From the human T2T-CHM13v2.0 reference genome, Homo sapiens, in assembly GCF_009914755.1 (NCBI RefSeq), contig NC_060926.1: a DNA stretch of 64,000 nucleotides; one strand, given 5' to 3'. The notes under the pieces were generated by a model that was given only the letters and a program-made list of their open reading frames with translations, did no database searches and was not told the origin of the DNA. Shown here piece after piece: positions 53,519 through 64,000 of the stretch. Within the stretch, counting starts at the first letter, position 1, and every line of letters begins with the position of its first letter. The position numbers were made by a program, and so were the translations under genes.

Positions 53519-56500
53519 AATGGAAACAGTATCAGGAGCTAATTCAGAATAGCTAAAATTTCTGAAAAATCTTTAAAATTTACCTTGAGAGTTTTATGTT
53601 AAAATCATCATATTTCAGATGTGCAGATTACCATCCATGATGTTCCCAATATCAAGTATCACTATAGGAAATATTATAAAAAATGCAAGCCCAGTCTCAC
53701 ATTCTTCACTTCATATTCCCCCAAATAGTCTCTAGTTCATAAGTGCTCATGCCTTAAACATAAGACTTTATCACCTGACAAGTGCTTTATCATGAAACTG
53801 ATGTTTGCAATCTCATATCCTTGTTATCTTTCGTACAAGGTACTTGGCAGGCCTGGAGAGCACAGGATAATAGAGTGGGACTACTCTTTTTCCTTTGAGC
53901 TTTCCAGATGTCAAGAGATTTTGATACAGCTAGATAGCCAATCAGACTGTAAGGAAGACAGGCGAGATGTCAGAATAATGAACCATATACTCTCTTGCTA
54001 AGAATGATGCAATGTCTCCATAATGTTTCTGTTTCCAATTTCCTTAGGTTCCCAAGTAATCTAAAACCCCAGGGCAAAAAGTCACATGGATAGTACAACC
54101 ACAATACAAAAAGAAGTTTCTAATAAAACAACATTACGTATTAATTGCCCAAAGAGTACCATAAACAGTCTTACTAAAAGTCAATATGTTGAGTTCAGCC
54201 AACAATTCTGTCTTTCTCAGACGTCATTACCATTCATGCTTATTTGACCCCCAAAATGTCAAAATGCCACCAAGATTTCAAGAATAATAGCTGAATCAAA
54301 AGAAATGACTTAAAAATGAAACTCCATGACATTGCTTCCATTTTCCTACTCCGCCACTTGAAGAACAGCATTGTCTTCAGGAACAGACAAAACATTGCAG
54401 AAGAAAAACCAAAGCAGAGGGGTTCCATTTTTCTTGCTGGTTCTTTGATCCTTAGTTGCCTTCTACATAAAATGGAGATATGCTAACCCTGCCCTCACCA
54501 AGACTTTGTGAGCCTCAAGTGAGATAATGGACATGTACCTGTTTTTATACACTGCAATTTCTTAGTACTTAAGACATTTTTCTTATTTAAACATTTATAG
54601 GTAGCATTAGTGTATAGTTTTTATACTGATGAGATTGAGACTCTTGTTTTACCCACGTAATCACACATCTTCCTCATGAGTATTATTATATTATATTACC
54701 TTTCAAATATAATATAGTCATGGGGGCTTTGGAAATTACTTATATGTAATTAAATCAAGCTGAGCTATCTTGAACAGAGCTTGAATTAAAAAATTTGAGT
54801 ATGCGAAAATCATAAAAACCCCTAAATGTTTTGTCAACATTTATGTTGTTTTATGTTTTATTTTCCCCTTTCTTCCTAGAGATAAATTTTATAGGTTCAT
54901 AAAATTATAGCATTTTTTAGCTAGAGATGGCTTTGTTTTGCAGATGAGGAAACCTGGAGCCTAGAAATTGAAATTAACCAAAAGGTCTGGTGGTTACTTT
55001 GTCTTTTTATACACTTGCTTGCTCTTGTCTTACTGTGTCCATGGTCTTACAAAGACTGTTAAAAGGGCAGATCTGGCTACAGAGACTGCAGAAAACCCTT
55101 CAGCCAGACATTGTCTCCTAACTTCCTATTTCATAGGGTGTCTTGAGACCAAGAGAATTATGATTCACAAACACTTAAAAGATTTTGGATGAATCCATTT
55201 CCAAATGAGGAAAAATAGGAAGAACAGCCAAACCAGAGCATGATTTCAAAAACAGGAAAGACAGAATATAGAACTATATAAAATAGTAAATACAAATACA
55301 AATAACAAAGCATTAGGTGTTTTGAAGGTCAAAAAAATAGGTTTAAAAAAATTTAGTCAGCAGGGTGGTGGTAGGAGGATACATGAATGAAGAAACGTAT
55401 TTAGTAGTAAAGAGATTGCTGAATCAACTAAGAGTTAAAGGGCAAGGGGCTTTTGCCTCCAGCGGGGAAGAGAGACACTATCATTACAGCACACTCCAAA
55501 GAGGATAGGAGTACCTATCCTAAACAAAGAAAACGAATCCCTTTATTTTCATATAGTTTAGGGTGCACAGGACAACAACCAGGAACATAAAAACAAGGGG
55601 TTTCAAACAGCATAAAGCAAGGATTGGGGTGAAATTGTCAGAAATTTCCATCGTCATAGGTCCCTGCTTCAAAATTCCACCCAAGCATTATAAGTTCTTT
55701 TGCCATAAAAATGGCGAACATTTCAAGGAATTTGGTCACAAGGTAGAAATTTCTCCAGCACCCAGGTGCAAGGCATGGCTTTAGGTGATATAAGGGTTAC
55801 CAAATGAGTAAGTCAAGGATTCTCTCCTAAAAATGCAACTGCTTTAATCATTTGAGTAGACAGGTGCACCAAGATTTATATTGCAAGGTAGAAAGTGATG
55901 AATATGGTAGGAAGAAAGGCAAATGAGAAGGTCACTTTTGACTGAAGGACAGCAGGAATGACTTCATGGAGAAAGGGGCAGTTGAGAAGGGTCAGGTAGA
56001 TTGTTAGCGATTTATATATACAGATAGGGAGAAGGATGGGTGCAAACATATAAAAGGACAGGGAATGGGCAGAAAACACCAAGTAGAACTATTTGGTTAA
56101 GGATAGCTCAGTGGGAGCATGGGAAACAGGCTGGAAAAGTGAGCTGAAAGTTAGAGTTTGGAATACTTTTAATGTCCAATTAAATAATTCGAATTGAAAG
56201 AATCTAGAGGCTTCTAGAAGATACTAAACTTTGTGAGCTGGAACCTACACCAACAGAAGAGTTCATCTGTTCATCTGTTAGCTGTGCACAGGATGGATCT
56301 CGGATAGGGTCAACAGCAGGAGGCGGGAACCCAGCTAGGAAAGCAGTGTACAATAATGGCCTGCCTGAAGGAGAATGAGGATCTGAACTAGTGAGGGCTG
56401 TGAGGATGGACAGGAGCAGGAGATGTTTGGAAGGCAGAATGGACGGGACTGCATGTGGGGGCGGGCAGTGATGAGGACCCCATGATGACTGTACAATGAT

Positions 56501-58160
56501 AGCCAAAGTGTGCAACTGGAGATTGAGGGCTACAGAAGCCCAACAGCCAGGAGGTCGTAGCTCTGTGCACACTGAACGAACAGTAGAGGGAAGGCCACCC
56601 ATTGTGATGGCTAACCCAAGCCCCTCTCACTGAAGTGAGGGACTACGTGTTCTTCATTTCCTGGCGTCACAGCTAGAGTTATCAATGGATCTAATTAGAG
56701 GAAAACTAAAAAGAAGATAAAGTGATACAGTCCCAGATGCGCTAGTGTTCTGGAAGGTTCTGATGACTTTAACCTCTCCAGTTCCCTTCACAGTTCAGGA
56801 GTCAGGGATCTCACTGGGCCACACTGTTGCTCTCCACTGGACCTTCAGGACTTGTCGCCGCTTTGTTCCTAGCGCTCTGAAACAAAAATGAGCCCTCCTT
56901 TGTTTCACTGCCTCAAGTTCAGACTTCCTGCGCCTTCCCGTGTGACACTTAGGGAATGCAGTGAATTCTGCTGTGCTAACATGGGGGAGGGAGAAGGTGG
57001 GAGAAAATCCTCCAGGCCCGCTCTTCCTCCCAGGGAAAGGAGATGCTCACAGTGATCTTCTGGGGAGAGTGTCCTCGCTTTGTTTTCAAATAGAAAGAAG
57101 TGACAAATAGTGGCTGCTGAAGTTGATGTGAGGGGAGGTCAGGGTCACCACAGGATGTATTTTGGTCAGGCGGGTCCTTGAAGGGCCCTCAATACCTAGC
57201 CGCTTAGCTCAGCAGGAGGGAAGACGAGCCTGGGCTTGCAGACCTGGTTCCCCTCATGCTCAGCACCCACTCCCCCGCCCTCCGCCACTATCTTCAATAC
57301 TCAAGAGTGACAAAGTACAACCATCCTTTTTCTGATGTGGCATTTGATTAAGACACAATTCATACAGACAGCCGGACATTTGAACGCGAAGCACTCCGCA
57401 TATTTATGGATGCGTCCTGAGCAGTGCAAGCCGCCCGGCTCGGCTGCTGCTTGTGAGCAGGAGATGCCCTTTAGGGTGCTGATGCAGCTGTTTCCTCTGC
57501 AGTCAATTTCCTGGTGAAGGTTCAATAACTTTCTCTGACGATAAAAAAAAAACTCGGATATTAAACTTGACATAAATACTATTTAAAGTCAAAACAACTT
57601 CCTAAATTCCAAAGGCGGGCACAGAAGAGGAGACAGCATAGGCTAGGTAACGAATTCCTTCTATATAGCTTCGAGGTAATCTTTTAAACAACCTTAGAAA
57701 TGACCCGAGATGCACTGGAAAGCCACTGTTGGGATTTCAGAAGGTAGCATTTCAGGAAGGCCATGAGAACTGAGACTGTAGATAAACAAGACAAAGCTCC
57801 TGCCCTCTTTCTGGTACCCAGAAGTCCTGCTTTATCCCCGGCTGTGGAGGAGCCTCTATGGGTCATCTGCCCTGAGGGGGAGGAGCTGGAGGTGCCCCTA
57901 CCGATGGGGTGGGTAGTAAGCTCCCGGCCTCTGCCACCCCGCTGCTGTCCATGGGACTCAGGTCTACCCCTCTTCCTCTTCGGCGTTCTCTGTGTCGCCT
58001 GAGTTTGGGTAAATGCCATGGTGTTACCCTCTGTCTGCATAGTGCACTCCGCCTCTGCAAGGGGCTGCTGCAAGAATTGGGCTCTTCCAGGGCTTCGGAA
58101 ATTGATTGCACAGGGCGGTGGCTAGCGCGTGTAGTGCCTTTGTGGCAATTGGAGAAAGGA

Positions 58161-58174
58161 GCGCCACCTGGTGG
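58161..58174 (-). promoter_or_regulatory. Strong candidate CTCF site (reverse)
   Basis: Minus strand CCACCAGGTGGCGC, a full core consensus match within a CpG-retaining region. Confidence 0.75.
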
Positions 58175-60386
58175 ATCAACTACTAAAAGGCACTCCATGC
58201 ACTTGGCCAGCCAAGAGAAGGGGGGCAGCCCTGCACCCGCCTGCTGTGCAAGGGGCCCTAGTGCAGGGCATAAGGCAGACACATCTCCTGGCATAGCTGT
58301 AAAGGCAGTCTTGAGGGCTGAAGCTTCTTATTATACACTATTTCATGGATTAAAGTGTCTTATCAAATCTAATTTTTTTTAAGCCTAGTAAATCACATCC
58401 TATTGCTCAGTCTGCAAAGGAGGTCATAAGATCCTATTTTTGATGCAGTCATTCTTATTTCAGTATATAAATGCCACAAGGAGTACCTATTCTTGGTACT
58501 TTATTTTATTTTATTTTATTTACTAGGATATTAATTTGTGGCCTAGTCATTAACATTGAAAACTTGAAATATGTATGAGGTAGTCCAAACCCAAACCCCA
58601 ACCTGAGTTACTGGTGCTTAATTACTGAGGCAGTTACAGTGCTGTAAATGAGTTCATCTCTGATTGCAGCCGTAACCCATGCAGTGCTCAATTGAAGGAA
58701 GGGATGATACAAGGTGGCAATATAACACCACAACATCCATGAGTTGATTTTAATTGGTAAACTGGCAATATATAGTGAGAATTGTTTGGTCTGTCCACCG
58801 CATTGGAATTTAAGGAAAGTCCATAAAATTACAGGAGCATATAATTGGGGTACTAAACTCATTTTCTTATGTTATCACAGCTGGCATCTTTAGGTTATTG
58901 AAAGCCTTTAAACCAGCCATCTTCAAGGAGATGTAATTGTCAATGTGGTCTTTATACATTATTCCTGTTAGCACAGAGCTGCAGAGATAAAAACAGTCAC
59001 TAAAATATGCACAAATTTTCTGTATATAACTTTCTTATTTCAAGTTCATGGAAGATCAGTAAATGTTAATGAGGATTAAAAACCATTTTTTAGATCCTGG
59101 TTTCCTCATTAGATGCACAGGGCAATCAACCCATAAAGGATAATTTATTGATACTACAACCTGAATCAGACTTTTGAAATAGTTAATTCATTAGTTCCAG
59201 GAAGTTCTGTGATCTTTTTGTGTATAGGTGAAGCTGCAAGAAAGACTGTTTCTTGAAGTATAAATGATATATCAGAATCAGGAAAAATAAACCCAAATTC
59301 TGACATTCTTGGATGAGTAATTATATGTTGTTTTATCTATTTATTCTGGCTGCACAGTCCAAGGACACTTCTAGAAAGGTTTTCACACTCTAATCCCATT
59401 CTCCCACCCATCACTACTACATGCTCCTCAAGGAAATTTTTCCCAACAGAAGTAATAGGGTTATCAGAACAAAACAGAACAACAACACTCTCCCTAACAA
59501 GGCATTCTAGAATAGGGGGAGAAAATCCCAAAACATAAAGGAGTATGAAACAGAAAGACCAGATATGAGGAAGGGTAAGATGGCATCAGCCTAGCATTAA
59601 TGATTATTAAAAGATTCACTACAGGTTTATCTTATGTGAAATCAATCTTCCTTTAGGCCCCACAATCTCTGAGTACAAATGGTACAAACTAAGAGTAATT
59701 AATGGTGTATATATCACATTCTCCAATAGTACAGAGTCTCCATCTCTCCTACTTATTTTTGGGAGTCCTCAGGGTGTACCTTACCTGCCTTAAAATGTGA
59801 CCACTGAGCCTGCATTGATTCCATCGATGCCATCAGCTTCTGCTGGTCACACAGGTAGGAAGGGGCCCTGCCACGGGTCCGTAGTGATGCTTCCTTCATT
59901 AGGCTGCTGCCTTCTGTTAGCACACTGACCCATTCTATCGGGAGCATTTGATGCACTGAAACCATACCAAAGCTCATGCCTTCTGTGTTTACTCACGTTC
60001 TGAGCTGAGAACATGGATCCATGGGAGGCTGAGGTGAGGGATAAATCCAAGGTACAAACTACATGCTGAACTTGGAATCATCTAGACACTGAGGTCCATG
60101 GCCTTAACTTTCATGAGGAAGAGTTCTTGACTCAGAAGGCCTGTTAGTCTCTCATGTAAATAACTACAACTAGCTTGTCTCCCAGACATTTCTGCATCCC
60201 AGATGTGGTGCAACTTGGGTTCCAACTGAAGTCTGTCATATTTACGTATGTAAAATTTGACCTCCAGATTTTTGTCAGCATTGGATGAATCAGTTTCTTC
60301 CCAAACTCTGGCTTAAGCTCTGAATCACTGATCACTAGTCTGGTCGGGTATAATCCAATACACTGGGACTCAGCCATCCTTTAACT

Positions 60387-60710
60387 CAGTGGTCTCCATG
60401 CTTTTTGGCGCCAGGGACCAGTTTCATGGAAGACAATTTTTCCATGGACCTGGGAGGGGTGGGGGTGTGGGAATGGTTTTGGAATAAAATTGTTCTACCT
60501 CATATCATCAGGCATTGGATTCTCATAAGGAGCACGCAACCTAGATCCCTCACATGTGCAGTTCACAATAGGGTTTGCACTCCTATGAGAATCTAATGCC
60601 ACTGCTGATCTGACAGGAGGCGGAGCTCAGGTGGTAATATTTGCACGCCTGCTGCTCACCTCCTGCTGTGTGGCCTGGTACCAGTCCATGGGCTGGGTTA
60701 AGGACCCCTT
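60387..60710. mobile_element. MER1B (hAT-Charlie MITE)
   Basis: 8-bp TSD ctttaact (60379-60386, 60711-60718); gattctcataaggagcacgcaacctagatccctc...gagaatctaatgccactgctgatctgacaggaggcggagctcagg. Confidence 0.92.
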
Positions 60711-61356
60711 CTTTAACTCATGAAATCTCACGGATAACTGATTCCAGACTTCAAATCATTGCACACTTAAAAAAACTTTTTTACAATCATGTTTGTTAAA
60801 AAAGTACTGCAGGTAGGAAGAATGACAATACACTTGAACGTAAACATGGTTTGTCATATATATTGGTCAAAACAAAGCATGTATTTACTATTATTTAGCT
60901 ACAATGTTAGAAAACTGCCATTGCACATACTCCAGCCTGGAATTTCAGTAAACGCTTTTCACTGTCTATGTGCAGGATTATGTTAAGCCCACTACATTTT
61001 AATGTTATTGCTGCAGTTATAACAGACATCAACTACCAATTAGAATAATGTTTTATTTACTGTCTATATCAAGAAAAATCCCATTTTAAAATGGTTAAAA
61101 TGATCTACTATATCTCAGTTACATTGTAATAGGATACTAGCTAATATCTGTCATGATAAAATCTGGAGTAAATCAGTTAAATTATTAATCTTGATAATTT
61201 TAAGATAAAATAACCCTTTGTTCTCAAATTTAAAAACTTCATATTTTAATATATTTGTGAGCTAACAATAGAAATGCATACCAAATTCCAGGACAATGTT
61301 TTCTTTAAGCAAAAAATTAAGCCTGAATGTTGGTGCCTTTAGAAAGTAAACAGCTA

Positions 61357-61674
<318 letters not shown>

Positions 61675-62477
61675 CTATATCTCTGGGCAGCTCTTGCAGT
61701 CATATCTAGTCATATGAGTCAAAGCTCATATTATCATCTTTGCTGTCTTTCTTCTTGCCTACCCCACCCTCTTTTAGCAATGATGATAATTATAACAACA
61801 GCAAAAATATAATATAAACATTACATTAGCATTTTAGCAGGAACTGGATATTTTCATAAATAGGATTCCTAAATAATTGAACTTTATTGGCTAACATTAA
61901 AAAGCTTAAATATTTTTGATGGAAAATGTATAAAATTTACATACATTAAGTAAAATTTATATGAAATATATAAAATAATTATATATTATCACCGTTTTAA
62001 AATTTTCTTAATGACCAACTGCTTCGAGTTCTAGAACCATTGGTGCTCTTCAGATGTATTTATTCATTCACTTTTCCATTCATTCATTCATCCATTCAAC
62101 AAGTATCTATTGAGTGTTACTATGTCCCAAGGACCAAAAAAGGCAGGAGAGATACAGCAGTGAATAAAACACAATTAGTGCTGTCCTGATGGAGCTTGAG
62201 TTCAAGCTGGTATGCAGGATGTTTTCCTCTGCAACAAATGGGCCCTGACTGCTGTGGTTTTAGTTGTTCTGTCTCCTCCCTCTGCTGTCAGCTGTCACCT
62301 CTTGGTGGCACCCTATCTCTCCCTTTTTATCTGGGTTACAATTGCAGGTCTTTCCCCAAAGCATCTCTCTATGTCAATAATAGACCCTATCCTTGGATGG
62401 AGCCTGAGCAGTTCCTACGCTTGCAGTGTATGTGCTGCTTCCGGCCCTTGCGAGGAGTTCTTTTATCCCTACTCTCA

Positions 62478-62627
62478 GTGTTTGGAACAAACATCTTCCT
62501 TTGCTCCCTTTCATCATTCATGCGCTTGTGTTTGGAACAAACATCTTCCTTTGCTCCCTTTCATCATTCATGCGCTTGTGTTTGGAACAAACATCTTCCT
62601 TTGCTCCCTTTTGTCATTCAAGTGCTC
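62478..62627. repeat. 50-bp tandem repeat, 3 copies
   Basis: Unit gtgtttggaacaaacatcttcctttgctccctttcatcattcatgcgctt at 62478 and 62528 (identical) and 62578 (3' part diverged). Confidence 0.95.
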
Positions 62628-63034
62628 AGTTCTAATGATCTGATTCAATTCTTAGGCCCAATGGTCTCTGCACCATATATATGCAAATGGGACTCTTAGA
62701 AAAGTGTCCATCACCAAGTGATATTACATTCTAATATTGCAGTATAAAACATGATCTTTCTCATCACTGTGGTAGCTTTTCCTGATAATTTTCTGAACTG
62801 CCACCTAAATATAAAAAGGCAGGCACCAAAACTTTCAAAAGGAAAGGAAATCAATTTCCCTTTACTCCCGTGTTTTGCTCATTGCTAAAACTGCCTGGTA
62901 GGAGTGCAGGGACACAAGCAGGAATTCTGAATTGCACTTAAGGAAATGGTAGTAACTAAGGTGATAAGGAATATCTAACACTCATTCATAGACTCATCAG
63001 ATGTTGGAGTTGAAAGGGGATCACTCTGTGCGGT

Positions 63035-63250
63035 AGTGAAGCATGGTGGTTAAGAACTCCAGTTCTGGGACCAGATTGTCATACGTCTTACAATTGTTTG
63101 ACCTTGGCCTGGCATCTCCATGCTTCAATTTATTCATCTGTAAAATAGTATGTTTTTCACAGGATTGTGAGGATTAAATGAATTAATGCAGGTAAAACGC
63201 TTGGTAGTGTGTCTGGCACACAGCAAGCACTTAGTGTTAGCTATTATTAT
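63035..63250 (+). mobile_element. MIR SINE
   Basis: gcatggtggttaagaactcc...ttcatctgtaaaat...ggattgtgaggattaaatga...gtgtctggcacacagcaagcac. Confidence 0.8.
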
Positions 63251-63629
63251 CCCAATCTCGTCACATATTTTTACAGATGGAAATACAGCCCTAAGCTTTT
63301 AACTGAACAGCAAGTTAGAGGTAAAACTGATGCCAAAACCGGGTGTCCTGATTCTCACCATATTATAGACTTTTTTTTCCCTGATATCGTGCTTTCTTAA
63401 TAAATGGGAAGAAATACTGAATCATGTACATGATTATAAAATGACTACTCAGTTATACAAAAGTCCTTCTTCCCCTCTAAAACAGAAATATAAAAATACA
63501 CCTTTGCCCAGTGCTAGTCCTCCAGCTCCCAATGGGCAGGATTAATTCTCTAGAGGCATGTGACAGAGCTCAGGAGGCCAGGAGAAGTTTAACTGTATGC
63601 ACTAATAAGGAAACCATTTTCTTCCTTAC

Positions 63630-63680
63630 CTTAAACTTGTCAACTTCAGCTTTTGAACATGTTGCATGGTATGATAGCAC
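63630..63680 (-). CDS. PDE11A: PDE11A coding exon, 51 nt (probably exon 10): VLSYHATCSKAEVDKFK
   Basis: Acceptor ttttttttcttctgaatcag, donor AAG|gtaagg; LSYH helix motif that follows GAF-B in PDE5/6/10/11; phase 0-0. Confidence 0.95.
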
Positions 63681-63912
63681 CTGATTCAGAAGAAAAAAAA
63701 ATAATTTTAATAACTAGACATGACTGTATTTTCTGAAATTCTCCTGGCTTAAAAATAAGCTTTGCTTATGTATATCACCTTGATTTAAAGGTGGACTTTA
63801 ATGTATGACAAGAAACAACATGTCTAATAACATTCTCTGACATAATTCACATATTAAAGAATATTTTATACCGGGATTTTTCTATGGGTAGTTATGTCAT
63901 CAAAAGGACAAT

Positions 63913-64000
63913 GGCCAGGTGCAGTGCTTCGCGCCTGTAATCCCAGCATTTGGGAGGGCAAGATGGGCAGATCACTTGAGCCCAGGAATTTGAGACCAGC
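63913..64000 (+). mobile_element. Alu (J-like) left arm, cut by the window edge
   Basis: ggccaggtgcagtg...cctgtaatcccagc...gatcacttgagcccaggaatttgagaccagc. Confidence 0.9.

Noticed and set aside
55502-55521. 8-bp hairpin AGGATAGG-AGTA-CCTATCCT
   Set aside because: Short enough to be expected by chance in 64 kb
57684-58382. Several 129-157-aa ORFs on both strands
   Set aside because: Expected from locally high GC content; no domain similarity or splice support
59775-60000. Two minus-strand donor-like sites (CAG|gtaagg near 59784, AAC|gtgagt near 59998)
   Set aside because: No convincing upstream polypyrimidine acceptor or promoter seen; isolated donors are common
62478-62627. CRISPR-like array
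   Set aside because: Head-to-tail repeats with no unique spacers, no cas genes, and a eukaryotic intron context
62196-62699. Overlapping 167/143-aa ORFs with repeated peptides
   Set aside because: Produced by the stop-poor 50-bp tandem repeat; no recognisable protein features

Overview
Human (primate) genomic DNA lying entirely inside the phosphodiesterase 11A gene (PDE11A), which is transcribed on the minus strand. Four coding exons with canonical AG/GT ends were read by hand: 63680-63630, 22442-22296, 22035-21928 and 6142-6033. They splice in frame and encode the end of GAF-B, the linker and the start of the catalytic domain (YHNWRH and [10 protein letters not shown] motifs). The supplied ORF track catches only part of one of these exons; almost all its other ORFs are noise or repeat-derived. 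The rest is intron filled with Alu, L1/HAL1-like, L2, MIR, MaLR LTR and hAT MER elements plus microsatellites. I found no prokaryotic, CRISPR or foreign sequence and no convincing new biological system. The most notable observations are an L1PA insertion with an apparent 3' transduction inside a perfect 17-bp TSD, an AluSp+AluY pair bracketed by one TSD, three CTCF-consensus motifs in convergent orientation, a 50-bp x3 tandem repeat with inverted forkhead-like sites, several enhancer-like motif clusters, a candidate poison exon and a candidate antisense terminal exon. Repeat subfamily names and exon numbers come from memory of consensus sequences, and repeat boundaries without TSDs are approximate.
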